64,000 nucleotides of DNA from the human T2T-CHM13v2.0 reference genome, Homo sapiens, in assembly GCF_009914755.1 (NCBI RefSeq), contig NC_060938.1. One strand, written 5' to 3'. Shown one piece after another: positions 12,441 to 26,962 of this stretch; the stretch's first letter is position 1; every line of letters starts with the position of its first letter. A model generated the notes under the pieces. The model was not told the DNA's origin. It did no database searches and worked only from the letters and a program-made list of their open reading frames with translations. Made by a program: the position numbers and the translations under genes.

Positions 12441-15429
12441 ATTTTGGTTGAAGTTGAGTTTCTAGTCAAAGAAAAAAACACATGAAGGGCATTCATGTTT
12501 CCAGGAACAGAAGCATCCTGTCTGGTTTTTCAAAGGTGAAGGGAGCAGTCTGAAGGGGCCATGGCATACGTGTGTCTATAATCAAAGCTCAGAGCCAAGG
12601 CCCTGGGGGAGGGTCAGGGGTGCCCCAGGGGGTGCGCCCCATCCAACACTGCACTGCCAGGGGCCTTGTCTTTATTAAATTCTGGGCCTTTTCCTGGGCA
12701 ATAGTTACACAAGGTGGGTTCAATGAACCCTGTGTCCTGTGGCTGCCACCCATTTCAGGGTCGCAAAGGTAATGATCACCCCTTCACCTTCTGCTGAGGG
12801 TCCAGGTGACCCCCTGGTGGTGTAACCCAGGCCCTCGCCCCTAAGGGGTCCTGAGTCTTGCTCACCACTGAGTCCTTGGTCTAGGGCTCCCGCACTTGTC
12901 CAGGTACCATCAAATGCTGTGTACTGAGAGGCGCTTGCGTAGAGCCCCTTCTTCCCCAGGCAGCACAGCCCTGCTCCTGCTGACACCATGGTCCAGGTGG
13001 TACACATCTTTCTGCCCGCAGGTCCCATGGAGGAGCAGCCTGAGAACAAAGCAGCACCCAGAGCTTGTTTTTTTTAGAGAACCTGGCTCTGTCCTGTCTA
13101 GAAGCCCCACAGCTGTGGAAACCAGGACCTCCTGCTTTTCAGAGCCTAGATGTGCAGGACATAGATGCACCTCAGAGGTCCTGGGTGTGAGGTGGAAGGT
13201 TGGGGGACACTGGGCTTCCTACTGCTGTGCTCCCATTGCCACATCTTCTACCTGGTGGGACCAGGCAGCTAGCAAAGGTGACAGATTCACCCAGACACTG
13301 TGTCCTCCCACATCCTGACCTGGCACCTGAGCCACACTGCTGGCTCTGAAGTTCCCAGGAGCGTGTGTGTGCTGTGGCCAGCGGACCTATGGCATGTGCC
13401 ATCTTCCTCCCTCTGTGGCATGGTATCAGTTCCTCTGATGGTGTCATGTGAGGTCTCGTCCTGATGGGCAGAACTTTCTATAAACCATCCCGTGGCCCCG
13501 GGGAAAGGCAAGCTCATCCCTGCAGGTTTAGTTGTTTCTGTTAAATGCAACCCTGTTCTTCCCAGGATGTCAGGGCCTGGTGCAGTTGTCCCAGCCTGGC
13601 AGGCAGTCGTCCCCTTGATGGTTTTGTGGAGCGCGCAGCCTGGGCCTAGCTCATGACCCTGGCAAAGGGCAGGTGAGCCCTGGGGCTGACCACCTGCACT
13701 TTCTGTTTGGTGGTGGGAGATGTGGGGCAATATTTCTTGCCTTTCCTTTAGAGATCATCTCCCAGCCTGCACAGACCACTAGACCCCTAAAAATGGGATT
13801 TGTAGGCAGGGCCTGGCTCTCTGTGGTGCTTTTCTCTCCCCTCCAAGCACCTGTGACTCCCAGGCCTCCAGCCCCGCCGGTTTCCCCCATCTGTGCTCCT
13901 GATGCAGGGGGAGGACTGTATTATGGCAGACAGCATGCTGGTTTACACAGTTCTGGGACAAAACTGTAGGTATACATTATTTTATGTCCCAAGTAAATGA
14001 ATCCAATTTCTGGATGCTTTTTTGACACAGAGGGAAGAAATGCATTGGTGAGATCCATGAGCCAGAGCTCAGGTCCATGCTCAGGCTCTGGGAGCAGCTG
14101 TGCAGCTCTGGAGCTGTTGCGGGGCCCGGGGAAGGCGTAGGTGCTGTGTCTTTGCTCACTGTGTTAAAGGCTTTATTTGTTTCTTTGTTCAGTTTGTTTT
14201 CTTCAATCCCTGTTTAGCAATACTGAAAATCAAGCATTTCTAAGAGGCGGAGACCTTGATTTGGAGCAGGGGCGGGGCATTGGGCGGAAATGGAAAATAG
14301 GTTGATAGTGGGAATTTCATTTTCTGGAGCTCAGGTGCAGCCTCTTGATGGCCCCGTCACAAGTTCACCTGATGACCTGAGTGGCCACTGTCCTTCTCCT
14401 GAGTGGTTTGCGTGCTTGCCAGGCACATGAGCAGTGCTTGCTCACATTCTTCAATTGAAGGAACTAAGAAGGGTTTGTCAGCAGATTGTAAGCCTGAAGC
14501 TGCCAGTGTTTGGTCCACAGTAAACCACATGTGGAGAGCTTTAAAAAATTGCCTTCAAATCTGGCAAGAAAATTACAGTAATAAATTATTACTATAATAC
14601 ACATATTTATTTAGTTACAATTATATATATAAAAAACAATTTTGCAGAAGTTTCCCATCTACCAGCATTTATTATTATTATTTTTTTTGCATGATAAGTT
14701 TCCAAGGAACCTTAGTGATGGGGACTGTCTCTTTTAAAATTAAATTGTGTAAATAACTCCCAGAGCCATGCTGGTAAGAAACAAAACAAAACAAAAAGAA
14801 CTAGAAACTTGAAACAAACGTAGGATTTCTGCTGGTAAAAGGATGCAAAGCAGGCCTGCCTGCTGCACTTCCCCAGAGCTAATCCTTGAGCCAAAAGAGC
14901 TTCCTGGTGAAGCCTCGCACTCTCCGTAACAGGGTGTGGGGGGACCGAGACATGTGGGCTCCAGACTTGACCATCTTTACCTAGTTATGGGATTTCAATC
15001 ATGTCTTTTAAATTCTTTGAGCTGCAGTTTTCACATATATAAAGTGGAAATATTTTTAAAATTTTAATTTGTATTATAACCTTGTGTAAAGATAAAATAG
15101 TACACTTGAAAGCATTTTAGCTGAAGTCAAACGTTCATGTGTGTGCATGCGATGGCTTAATTATTTTAGGGCTTATCCTGGTTTTACTGGTAGTGTTACT
15201 AGCACTGCTACTTCTCCATATCTCTGAAGACTATGAAATACTTAGAACTGAAGCAACAAGAAGCACCTGTTAAAGGGTTCTATGGCCGATGACAGATTTG
15301 ACACAACTGGATATAATAATATGTTAGATGGTGACTAGAGCACTGCTGAGCAGAGACTTCATGCTGTTCAAAGTCGAAGGTGTCCCTAGAATTCTGAACC
15401 TGCTGAAGCAGCATTCAGAACTGAAGTTG

Positions 15430-17130
15430 AGAAAAGTACATTTTCAATTAAAGAAAGTCTGAGAGAATGTGTTGCCATCACACCCAAACCACAATAAATG
15501 CAAAAGAAAGCTGTTCAGCTTGAAGAAAAATGATAACAATTGGAAATTCTAGTTCTCAGAAAAGATGAAAGTGTGCCAAAAATAGTAAACATCTGGAGGG
15601 GAAACTGCTGTTTTAATGACATCCTCCAGGAATTACAACATGTGCAGAAGAAAAATCTATGACAACATGGCACAAAAGATGAGAGAAGGGAGGAGGGTAA
15701 GGTAAGGTTTTTATATTTTATATACAGTGTTATGATATTTAATATACTTTAAGTATTTTTATTTTAATTTCTAAAGAACTCACTAAAAATAAATAAATGA
15801 AACAAAGAGTCATAGTTAAGAAAAATACAAGATACAAAATCCATACTAAAAAAAAAAGAAAACCCCATAAAACAAACAAATGAAAACTACAATAATCCAG
15901 AAGAAGACCAGGAAGGCAGAACAGAGACTGTCAAAGTAGGTAAAAAGGAAACCTCAATATCAGCTTTTAAAACGATATACACTTATGAGGTAAAGATACA
16001 AACAGATTCAAACTGAAAAGATGGACAAATATACACCATGCAAATCTTTGTTATCAAAAACTGCAGCCAGTGTATTAATGGCAGATAAGACAGACTACAA
16101 GAAAGACAAGCATCAACAGGGATAAAGAAGGATGTTTTATGCAATAAGTCCATTTGCTTAGAAAACCTAATAAGCATAAGCATGTATGCACCTAAGAAAA
16201 ATAACAAAATACACGAAGCAAAAGTGATTGAATTAAAAGGATAAATGCATAAATCCACAATTTGACAATTCTAATTCTTATATCTCAGAAATTAATAGAA
16301 AAAAATAACTACGACAATAAGGCTACAAGGTATTAATAGGAGAGATTATAACCAGAGCACTGGGAGAAAAACAACAATATCCAATATGCTTACAATATTG
16401 GTTGACAACTCAAAAGTTCCCAAAATAATTTTTGACACTAAAGGTAAATAGCCTGGAAAACCTAAAAGCCAGCATAGGAAGGAAGTGGAAAATGAAATGC
16501 TGATTGAAAATAAATCTGGAAGTCCGGGCGCGGTGGCTTATGCCTGTAATCCCAGCACTTTGGGAGACCAAGGTGGGTGGATCACCTGAGGTCGGGAGTT
16601 CGAGAAATTCTGTCTGTACCAAAAATACAAAATTAGCCAGGTGTGGCGGCACATGCTTGTAATCCCAGCTACTCGGAGGCTATGGCAGAAGAATCGCGTG
16701 AACCTGAGAGGCAGAGGTTGTGGTGAGCTGAGATCACCCCATTGCACTCCAGCCTAGGCAAAAAGAGCAAAACTCCATCCCCCACCCCCCCAAAAAAAGA
16801 AAAGAAAAGAAATCTGAAGAAAGGAAAAGAGAATTGAGGATAAAGCTTTGGGATACAAAATCCAAAATCAAATGCTAGAAATAAGTTCAAATATATCACT
16901 TTTTCCTACCAAACATAGAAGGATTAACCTCATATATTAAAATACAAAATATCAGTAACAAAGCAGCACTTTCAAATTCAAGAAAGAAAAATAATGGGAA
17001 TAAAAATTTTAAGTAAATATTCACAGAAAGCAAGCTGCTACCACAAAATTAATTTTAGTTCAAATAAAACTTAAGGAAGAAATAATGAACAACAGGATAG
17101 ACACTGCACATGGAGGGACCATAGAACCGA
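15430..17130 (+). mobile_element. Old L1M fragments (ORF1 end / endonuclease region), interrupted by an Alu
   Basis: A-rich degenerate L1 EN motifs (gatggacaaatatacaccatgcaaa, gtatgcacctaa...atacacgaagcaaaa). Confidence 0.6.
16522..16810 (+). mobile_element. AluS with internal deletion in the left arm
   Basis: gtccgggcgcggtggc...gagttcgagaaattctgtctgtacc...; A-rich tail. Confidence 0.92.
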
Positions 17131-17519
17131 GTAGGTGAAGCAACGTCAAGTCCAATGCTGGCCTCGCCTCCAGGACATACAAAGAAACTAACAGGAAGAG
17201 CAGGTCTAGAGAGGGACGCTGGAACTCATACTTCTGAATTTAAATGGGAAATAGACAAAAATGTTATGTGTTTATAAAAAATTTTAAAATCACAACAAAT
17301 GCTGAATATACATCATTTCCTAGTATATGTAATACTTACTAAATGGGACTCATATTAGGTTGCAAAAGAAATTACAAAAAAGCTGGAGCTAGGGACCAAA
17401 GGACTAACAGAAGTGAGAACAAAAAACACACCCCATATATTTTAGGAAAAAACGGCACAGTGATTTAATGGTAAATCACTATAAACATGAAGGGAAAGAC
17501 TGCCATCCAAGGAAGCGCA

Positions 17520-17660
17520 GAAAAGGACACCCCTCAGGTCCTGGATGGAGGAGGATGACCCCCAATACTGGATGGAGAAGGATGACCCCCAATACTGGAT
17601 GGAGAAGGATGCCCCCAGTCCTAGATGGAGAAGGATGCCCCCCTCAGTCCTGGATGGAGA
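17520..17660. repeat. 27-bp minisatellite (TGGATGGAGAAGGATGACCCCCAATAC), about 4.5 copies
   Basis: Direct tandem copies; the overlapping ORF shows the GWRRMTPNT repeat. Confidence 0.9.
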
Positions 17661-17929
17661 CGTCATGAGTAACTGTCGGTAAGAAACATCATGTTCCTCA
17701 TTCTGCCCTTGCTCCTTGGGCTCCAACAGGAAAAACCAGAAATTCTGTGGATATAAAACATGGAAACATTCATTCTTTAAAGAAAAAGGCTGCAGAGACA
17801 AGAACAGCGAAAGGATGTTATTGAATACATGCAAATGGATAAAATATGAATGATTATGTTCTCATGTTCAACCCAATTTTTAAAAGTGGATGTATGAGCA
17901 GTGCGAGCATTTAGTCAGGCCATGGTGAG

Positions 17930-20340
17930 CCTGTGGGCAGCGGTGGCAAACCCGGACTCTGCCCGCCGACACCAGCGGCCCCGAAACCCTAGAGCCAGAG
18001 GCCACCTAGTGGCCAAAGTCAGGCAGTCGGCCCACAGCTGCAGGAGAGCTGCAACCCGCCCTTCAGCGGATTCCTGGAGGCTGCACAGTGCCCAGCTCCC
18101 GCCACCCGGTGCTCTGGGCGCGGGCAAATGACCCTCAGGCCGTCTGGGACCGGGCCAGCCCTGCAGCCTCAGCGGTGGGCTCAGAGACGGCTGCCACGTG
18201 CACACGGTGAACTATAGCAGCTGTGGCAGCCCCCGACCCTGTGCAAGCCACCGGCAGTGCAGACCCCATGACCAAAAGCCGCCGCGTCCCCTAACTCAGA
18301 CGGTCGGCCCCCCAGCAGCCAGAGGGAGGAAACCTGCAGCTCAGCCCCATCCCAGCGCTTGCACTGTGCTCAGCGCCTGTAATCCCACTCTCTGGGCGCG
18401 GACGAGGAAGACTGGACCTTACGGTGGGAGGGCGGTGCACTCGGGGACCCTCAAGCCTTCTGGAACAAGCCCTGCCATCCTCCGCCGCGGGCTCAGCGGC
18501 AGCTGCCACCTGCACACTCCTGGAAGCAGCAGCGGTGGCAGCTCTGGTCTCTGCCAGCTCCAGCAGGAGCGCAGACTGTAGAGCCAGAAGTCACTGCAGC
18601 GCGTGTTAGGAGGTTGGCCTCTCAGCCGCAGGAGGGCAGGAATCTCCGCCCAACCAGATCCTCATGGCTGCACAGTGTCCAACGCCCACGACCCCGCAAT
18701 CTGGGCGCTGGTCTAGGAATAACGGACCCTAGGGTGGAAAGGCGGTGCACTCACCCACCCTTGGGCAGCCTCAGGCCAGCCCTGCCAGCATCTGCCTTGG
18801 GCTCAGCTGCAGCTGGCGCCTGTGCATGGTGCACGGCAGTAGCAGTGGCAGCCCTGACCCTGCCCTCAGACACAAGCAGCAAAGACCCCAGGGCCGGACG
18901 CCTCCAAGGCACCTAAGTCAGGTGGCCGGTCCCATAGCTGCAAGAGGGCGGGAATCGGCTGCTCAGCCCCATAGCAGCTGTGGCAGCCCCCATCTCTGTC
19001 CATGCCACCAGTAGCACGAACCCCAGGGCCAGATAATGCGGTGGCGCCTAATTCAGACTGTAGCTGCGGCAAGGCGGGAATCGGCCGCTCAGCCCCATCC
19101 TGGAGGCTGCTCAGTGTCTAGCGCTCGCACACCACGTCCTGGGAGCAGTCTAAGGAACAGGAGACTCTAGGGTGGTAGGGCGGTGCACTCAGCGACCCTC
19201 AGGGTGTCTGGGACCAGCCCTGCCAGCCTCTGCCATGCTCTCAGCTGCAGCTACCATCGCCAGGTGGCGCCCGTTAGCAATGGTGGAAACCACACCCCCA
19301 TCCCCCGACCTTGCCTGCCCCCAACAGCAGTGCAGATTCCATGGCTGGATGCCTTGCCAGGGCGGGAACCAGCCGCACAGCCTATTCTGGGCAGCTGCAC
19401 AGGGCCCAGCGCCCGAAACCCCGAGCTCTGGGCGCGTGCCAAGGAAGAGTGCACCCTAGGCTGGGAGGGTGGTGCACACCGCGATCCTCAGGCTTTCTGG
19501 GACAAACCCTGCCGACCTCTACTGAGAGCTCAGCTGCAGCTGCCACCTGTACAAGGGCACGACAGCAGCAGAGCAACCCGGCACTTTGCCTGCACCAGAG
19601 CCCTGACACCGGGGACAACGCAGCCTCAGCGCCTAATTCAGGCAGTCAGCCCCGCAGCTGCAGCAGGGCAGAAACCTTTGCCCTCGGCCCAGTCTCCTTG
19701 GCTGCACAGTTCCCAGTGCCCGCGACCCGGAACTCTGGGCTCAGGCAAAGGAACAGAGAACCCTAGGGTGGGATAGTGGTCCACTCAATGACCCTGAGGC
19801 TGCCTGGGAAACGCCTTGCCAGCCTCCGTCATGGGCTCAGCTGCAGCAGCCACCTGCACATGGCGGGGGAGCAGCCTTGATGGCAAACCCAGACCACGCT
19901 TTCACGCCAGCCAGGCAGACTCCAGGGCCAGGCGCCGCCCAGCGGCCAATTCAGGTGGTCCGGCCCCAGCTTCAGGAGGGCGGGAACCGGCAGCTCAGCC
20001 ATTTCCTGGCGGCTGCCCTGTGCCCAGCCCCTGCACACCCTGATCTGGGCACCTACAAGAAAGAGCTGACTCTAGGGTGAAAGGGCCGTCCACTCAGCGA
20101 CCCCCAGGCTGTCTGGGACCAGCCCTGCCTGCCTCTGCTGTAGATTCAGCTGCAGTGGTAACCTGCACAAGGCGCGCAGCAGCAGCTGTGGCAAATTCTG
20201 ACCCTGCCAGCGCCACCAGCAGCGCGGACCCTTGGGCCAGAAGCCTCCACGACGCCTAAGTCAGGGGTGTTGGTCCCCAGCCGCAGGAGGGCAGAAACTG
20301 GCTCTCAGCCTCACCTCAGAGGCTGCATGGTGCCAGAGCC
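17930..20340. repeat. GC/CpG-rich diverged satellite, ~300-310-bp unit, about 8 copies
   Basis: Anchor AGCAGC(G/T)GTGGCA recurs at ~17936, 18216, 18528, 18838, (18973), 19275, 19563, 19870 and 20181. Blocks ccctagggtgg...cggtgcactca and gggctcagctgcagctgccacctgcaca also recur. Confidence 0.88.
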
Positions 20341-20429
20341 AGGGCCCAGCTCTTCTAGCGCAGGTTGTGGAGGGGCCAGGGGCCCCCCAGGCTGGAGAGG
20401 CTCCCCCAGGCTGGAGAGCAGCGTCATGA

Positions 20430-20678
20430 ACACAGCTTACTGAAGCCTCAACCTCCCAGATTCAAGCTACCCTCTCATCTCAGCCTCCCAAGTAGCTGGT
20501 AGCTGGGACTACAGGCGGGTGCCATCATGCCTGGCTATTATATTTTACATACATTTTGGAGAGACAGGGTCTCACCATGTTGCCCAGGCAGATCTTGAAA
20601 GCCTGCAGTTCAAATGATCCTCTCACCTTGACCTCTCTCAGTGGTGGGATTATATGTGTGAGCCACTGTGCCCTACCT
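20430..20678 (-). mobile_element. AluJ (partial)
   Basis: Reverse Alu: cagcctcccaagtagctgg...gagccactgtgccc. Confidence 0.85.
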
Positions 20679-20684
20679 GCCGCT

Positions 20685-20838
20685 TTTCTTATAAGGATAC
20701 TTGTCATTGGATTTAGGGCCCATCCTAATCATCTCAAGGTGCTGGATTTAATTACATTTGCAGATTGTTTTCCAAATAAAGGCACATTCACATGTTCCAG
20801 GTAGACATATCTTTTGATAGACCACCATGCAATCCACT
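20685..20838 (-). mobile_element. MaLR (MLT1-type) LTR fragment
   Basis: ttcttataaggatac...cattggatttagggcccatcctaatc...ttaattacatttgca...tttccaaataa is typical of MLT1. Confidence 0.7.
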
Positions 20839-21299
20839 CTAGGAATATTAAAGTGCCAGTGTGGACTGAGGCACCAAAGAATCACATTATGATGTCATAT
20901 AACTTGCCTTATTTGTAGTGACCAGTGGGCTTGGAAACAACCATTTGCAGCTGTCAGGGAAGTGCACAGTGCCTGACCTTTCCCGCAGCCTCCTCCCCAC
21001 TGGTCTTCCATGAGAGGATCAACCCTTGGAGTGTCCAGAGATTCCTGTTAAATGCGAAAGACCACAGGAGAGTTTGGGAGGGGGAAGATGTTTGGGGAGC
21101 AGCTTAGTTGTCCTGAGGTGCCCATCACCCTTCACCGTTTCAGCAATATGGATCTTCCAAGGATCTGGGAATGGGAACCAGGCATAAGACAGATACATGT
21201 GGATGAGAAGAGGCCAGAGTCTTTCTCTGTGTAGGCACCATGCAGCCCAAGATGAGCATTGCTCCAGAAACACATGCACTCATGATGCTAAACCCAATC

Positions 21300-21497
21300 T
21301 ATTGAGGACTTAATACAAACTGCGATTTTTTTAAAGCATTTAATTCTTACCACAGTCCTTTGACATCCTATTATCTCCATTTTACAGATAAAGAAACAGG
21401 CACAGAGGGTTTAAGTAACTTGCACAAGGTCACACAATCACAACTAGTAAAGCCAGAATTAAAGTCCAGTCGGTCTGCATTCAAAGCCTGTGCTCCT
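21300..21497 (-). mobile_element. MIR SINE
   Basis: Core: attatctccattttacagataaagaaacaggcacagagggtttaagtaacttgcacaaggtcacac. Confidence 0.85.
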
Positions 21498-22723
21498 GCC
21501 CCAAAGTGACAATTAGTGACTTAAAGGCGAGAAAAACAGACCCTCCTCTACCCACCATCCTCATACACAGCCTTCCAGCCCAGGATCTGAACCATTTATT
21601 CATTTTCTCTCATATTCATTCATTCATTCAATTCTTCATCACACATTTAGTGAAGCTCTGCCGTGGAATGTTCACACAGAAGGTACAAAAATGAGGCAGG
21701 TGTATTTTCTCCCATCTAACAGGGGATGACCACATGAAAAGAACTGGTGGCCTGTGTGTCCCATGGTCTTACAGGGCAGTGGTGGAGGGTGGCCCGGTCA
21801 TCCACTTTCTGGGGAGGCAGAACCAGAAGCACCAGTTGGACAACTGCTAAAAAGATATTTATGCAGCCTCATATGTTAAGTCGTATATTTTGAAAGCTTT
21901 TTAAATTTTTTCTTTAAGAAGATTTTAGATGCTTATCACTGAGTACCAGAGGGATGTAGGCTGATGCCCTTATCAACAAAGTCAGGGACTGTGGCACACA
22001 AGGATTGACTACTGCAGACACGGTCACAATGCTACCTCTAGAGGGCCTGAATCCCCCTGCCCTCTCTGGTGGGGAGAAGGGCTGGCAGAGCCATTAGCAT
22101 GGGCTCCGGCCAATCCTGGCCACTTTGACACTCCTGGTGCTGACCCAGGGTCCTGGAGGAAGGGATGAGGTGGGCAGTAGAGATGCTCAGGGCAGTGGCC
22201 CCTTTCCATCCACACTGGAACTATTTCAGTATTTTACCACCAATTCAGCCATTCCCTTGTGCGCTGGCTGAACATCAGCCCTGCTCCAGGTCTCAGTTTC
22301 CCCTTTGTAAAGGGAAAGCTCTGGATTCAGGAGTGATGAGAGGTCATCATGGTCTTGAGATTCCAGGCCTGTAGGCAGGGGGTGAGAGGTTCACTAGGAG
22401 CACAGAAGGCAAAGGTTGGGGAGAGGCAGCAGAGAGAGTGGCTTCCCTTCGGCCCAGGTGGGAGGTTCACAGAGGCAAACTTCCTTCTTCCTCAAGGCAG
22501 GACTTGTTACAGTGAGCTTCAGGCAGTCTGGCTCTTAGGACTAACTGGGATGTCACCCTCCCTGCAGCATCCACTCCACAGACAACATGAGAGGAGTGTA
22601 TAAGTATAACTAGGAACAGGCTAGTGTCCTGATATTCTCTGTGATGGAGGGGACAGCCCTCCTCAGAGACGTGGGGGAGCCCAGAACCATGGGCAGCCTG
22701 AACACACCTTACTTTCTCAGCAG

Positions 22724-23349
22724 TGACAATCAGAACCTTGGCCTACTAAAGCAGAAATTAAAAAGAGAAAAACCTAAGTTCTGGCCTGTTCCAGGCTGAC
22801 TCAGTCCAAGGCCCTGCTAGGACTAAGATAACTTTATATACAAGGCCAGGAAGAGCCCAGAAGGAATGGACTCCAGGAACAGGGATGAGAAAAACAAGTT
22901 CTTATCAGCTTCCCCCTTTGAGATTCTTTCCCAGGCCAATATTTCTTTGTTCTGCTCTCATAACTATTTTTGTAACTATTTCTGTAAGTTTGTAAGGATT
23001 TTTTAAGTTCCTGTTTTCCATCGGTGTGACCCTGAGAAGGTCACAAGACATGCCTGTGCAAGCCTAAAACAGTTGCCATCTGCTGAGAGCCTGCTGGGTG
23101 GCCCAGCAGAGGTCACCAGACATGTTTGAGTCATACACTTGTCACTGTTTGATTAACTGCCTTTGTTCTGCTTCTGTAAGCTTGCTAAGCCTGCCCTGTA
23201 AGTTTTGCAAAGCTGCATGCTTAAAAAACAGGCCCCATCTTTTTTCCGGGCTCAGCCTTTTGGATGCAAATCCACTGGGCAAGTGGTCACTTTAATAAAA
23301 TCCTCCTGTCTCACCCATTGGTCTCTCCAGTCTCTTGACTCCCTCAACA
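22724..23349 (+). mobile_element. Solo ERV LTR (ERV1 class; subfamily and 5' end uncertain)
   Basis: AATAAA at ~23294 followed by a U5-like tract ending ...ccctcaACA; AP-1 motif TGACTCA at ~22797. Confidence 0.6.
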
Positions 23350-23390
23350 CTGAGACGGCTCCAAGATAGCATGTGAGATTTAAGTAATAA

Positions 23391-23710
23391 CTTTTTTGTT
23401 TGTTTGTTTGTTTTTATTTTTGTATGAGACTGGGTCTGGCTTTTTCACCCAGGCTGAAGTGCAGTGGTGCAGTCACAGCTCACTGCAGCCACTTCCTGGG
23501 CTCAAGCCACCCTCCCACCTCAGCTTCCCAGGTAACTTAGGACTACAGGTGTATACCACTATCATTGGCTAATTTTTGTATTTTTTCCAGAGACGAGGTC
23601 TCACTGTCTCACTGAGCTCAGGCTGGTCTCAAATTCTTGAGCTCAAGAGATTTACCAGTCTCAGCCTTCCAAAGTGCTAGGATTACAGGCATGAGACACT
23701 GTGCCTGGCC
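23391..23710 (-). mobile_element. AluJ
   Basis: Reverse dimeric Alu with T-rich tail. Confidence 0.9.
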
Positions 23711-24303
23711 AGTAATTTTGTTTTATTATATTAAGGTCAGGTTTATACCACCTTCTTCTGATTACAGAAGTAATACATGCTCATTATATAACACTGAAAA
23801 TGTAAGCAGTATAAAGAAGAAAATAAAAAAGAATATGAAAATCACTAGTGGTCCCATTGCCTACCGATACACTATGTGCTGCTTTCTAATCTTTACTTCC
23901 TCTCCCTCCATGTGTGTCTTTGTGTGTGTGTGTGTGTCTGTCTGTGTGGTTTTTTTTTTGGCACATAGGACAATAGCTGACATTTTTAGCTCCCCTACCA
24001 GTGTTGAGCATTATGTCAAGCAATTGAAAAAGTGTATTTTAACTCCTACAGAAAACCTATAAAGGGGAAGGGCAGTATAATTAACAGAATTTTCCAGATG
24101 AAAAGACTGGGACCTGACTTCAGGTCACATTTTATATACAGCATTGCATTTTACTTCAGACACTTAACAAAGTAAGTGTCCTGGAGAATCTTGGTCTGTT
24201 AGTCTATATAATTACATAAGCATCTTTTGTGGGATTAATAGTTTTTCCAAAGCATGCCTGGAATGCTTGCATAACATTTTAGAGTTTAAATATGTTGTTT
24301 ATC

Positions 24304-24595
<292 letters not shown>

Positions 24596-25711
24596 TTTTA
24601 TCAAACCATTTTCATCTTTGAAACATTTTAGGTCTCCTCTTTGGCTTTTTCACATTATAAATAATACTGTGATAAACATCCTTCAGCAGAAACCTTCATA
24701 GGCTAGCTTCCTAGAAGTAGAGGTATTAGGTCCAAGGTTGTGAATTGTTTTAAAGCTATTGATTTTTCTGGATAAAATTGCTTCCAGATATATTGTCCCG
24801 TTGCATTGCAATCAGTGGATCTCACCTTCAGTATTTTGTGCAAAAAAAAAGAATGTTTCTCCTTTTAAAGATTATATTTAAAATAGCTTTCAAATATTAA
24901 AAATTTGTATCTACAAATAAGAGACAGTGAAAAAAATAATAAAAGAAACACAAAAGTAGAAAGTAGATGAAAACATTAAAATTCAGATCACAGCCCTCTG
25001 TCATGGAGAAGACAGCTGCAATAGCTTTTTTGTTCTTTTATCTATCCTTGATACATTTTTCTTTTAATTAATTTTTACCCCAACTTTTAGTGCTGGCTGA
25101 GTTGTCGATTTGTTGCTGGGATGGAAAGAAGAAATTTGCACCTTGTCCTTTGCAGGTTATGAGAGCCCTGTCTGTCCTCGTGGTTATGTGGATGTCTTTT
25201 AGATTATTGTGAATATTGAGCTTTGAAAATAACCTAACAGTCAATCAATTGCTGAGATTCTATTACCAGTAGTGGGACACAATGTACATCATGTAGAGAG
25301 GCAGACTCGTCGCTGACAAAAGGGCTGACCCCTGGAAAACCAGCACAGAGCCAGCTCTTCTGTCTGAATCCACTCTCTCCAAAACATAACATAAGTCATG
25401 GAAAGAAATGAGTCTCAAGAAATGAGACTCTTACCGTGATGAGAGGGGGACATTGAAAAGCTACTTTAGTGATTAGGGAGAGAAGTCCCCTTTTGCATCC
25501 CAAATCAAGCAGAGGACTGGTAGTCCAAATATAATTTTGGAATAACCTGAGTCACCTGGGCCTTGAGGAATCCTGGCCTCTTAGTCCACATTTGCAGAAA
25601 TATCAGGAGGTCAATCAGGAAGCTGTTTAGGCATCTCAACACAGGGTCAAAAAGCTCCTAGGTACGCAAATAAATGTGCACACTGGAAATTGAGTTCAGT
25701 AATTTTTCCAT

Positions 25712-25909
25712 GGCCTAGAGAACTATGATGATGAAAATGTTCTACATTTGTGCTGGCCAGTTCAGTAGCCACTAGCCACATGTGGCTATTGAGTAACTGA
25801 AATGTGGCTAGTACAACTGACCAACTAAATTGTAAATTTTGTTTTCTTTGAATTAATTTTAATTTTAATAGTCATCTGTGGCTATTGGCTACTGTACTGG
25901 GTAGCACAG
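25712..25909. mobile_element. MER3-like hAT-Charlie DNA transposon fossil
   Basis: gtagccactagccacatgtggctattgag...aaatgtggctagt...tgtggctattggctactgtactgggtagcacag. Confidence 0.8.
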
Positions 25910-26632
25910 AGATGAGAAATAATAGAAACCTTTTTGTTCGGTTGTTTCAAGAGCTAACATTGTCAAAAGCTCAATTCCTGTTTTATGTAAGGTTTTGGTT
26001 TATATTTTCTCAAAGAAGTGAAGTGCAGAAAAAAAGAAAACAAAACAAAAGGATGATCAAGCAGAACTTTGGTAAGGAAGGGTGAAGCAGAGATACTTAA
26101 CTCAGGGTGGGGACAACAGCAATGACCTTGTTTGAAATGCAGCTCCTGTCTCTGTGGCTCTCTGTGCTCTGCTGGGGCATCAGTTCCTTTACTTCTTAGT
26201 TAAAGCAGTTATGTCGATGGTGCAATGCTTTTTTGGTGCAATGATTTTTTACACAGCTGGTTTATCTCCAGTATGGAAGCTCTCTGCTTAATCATCTTGA
26301 TTTTTCTGGGCTTGTTCCCACTCTGCAGATGTAAGCATGACACCTGTATCTCTCTCCCCAGGCTCTGATCTAGGACGACAGTTTCTATGATGTGCCCATC
26401 TAGAGAAATACTCAAATAGCAACTTTAGGAAGAGAAAAAGAGGGCCCTGCAAAAGGCATCTACAGGCCCCATGTGCTGTTCACCTTTCTTATTTATGGGT
26501 TGAAGTGAGTCCTCATCCATTTATTGGGCAGTTACAAGCAAAGGAATTATATGACTACGACAACACACCTTGAGGTACAACAATTTTGTCTGTTTTGAGT
26601 TTCCACTGTTGAAAAAAACCTAGTTATTCTAA

Positions 26633-26962
<330 letters not shown>

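Noticed and set aside
12905-13042. Possible minus-strand pseudo-exon (ctcag|GCTGCT...TTTGATG|gtacc)
   Set aside because: No protein family recognised in any frame and the donor is weak.
17901-20429. Dense overlapping ORFs in the 310-bp repeat
   Set aside because: GC-rich, stop-poor repeat with no consistent frame across units.
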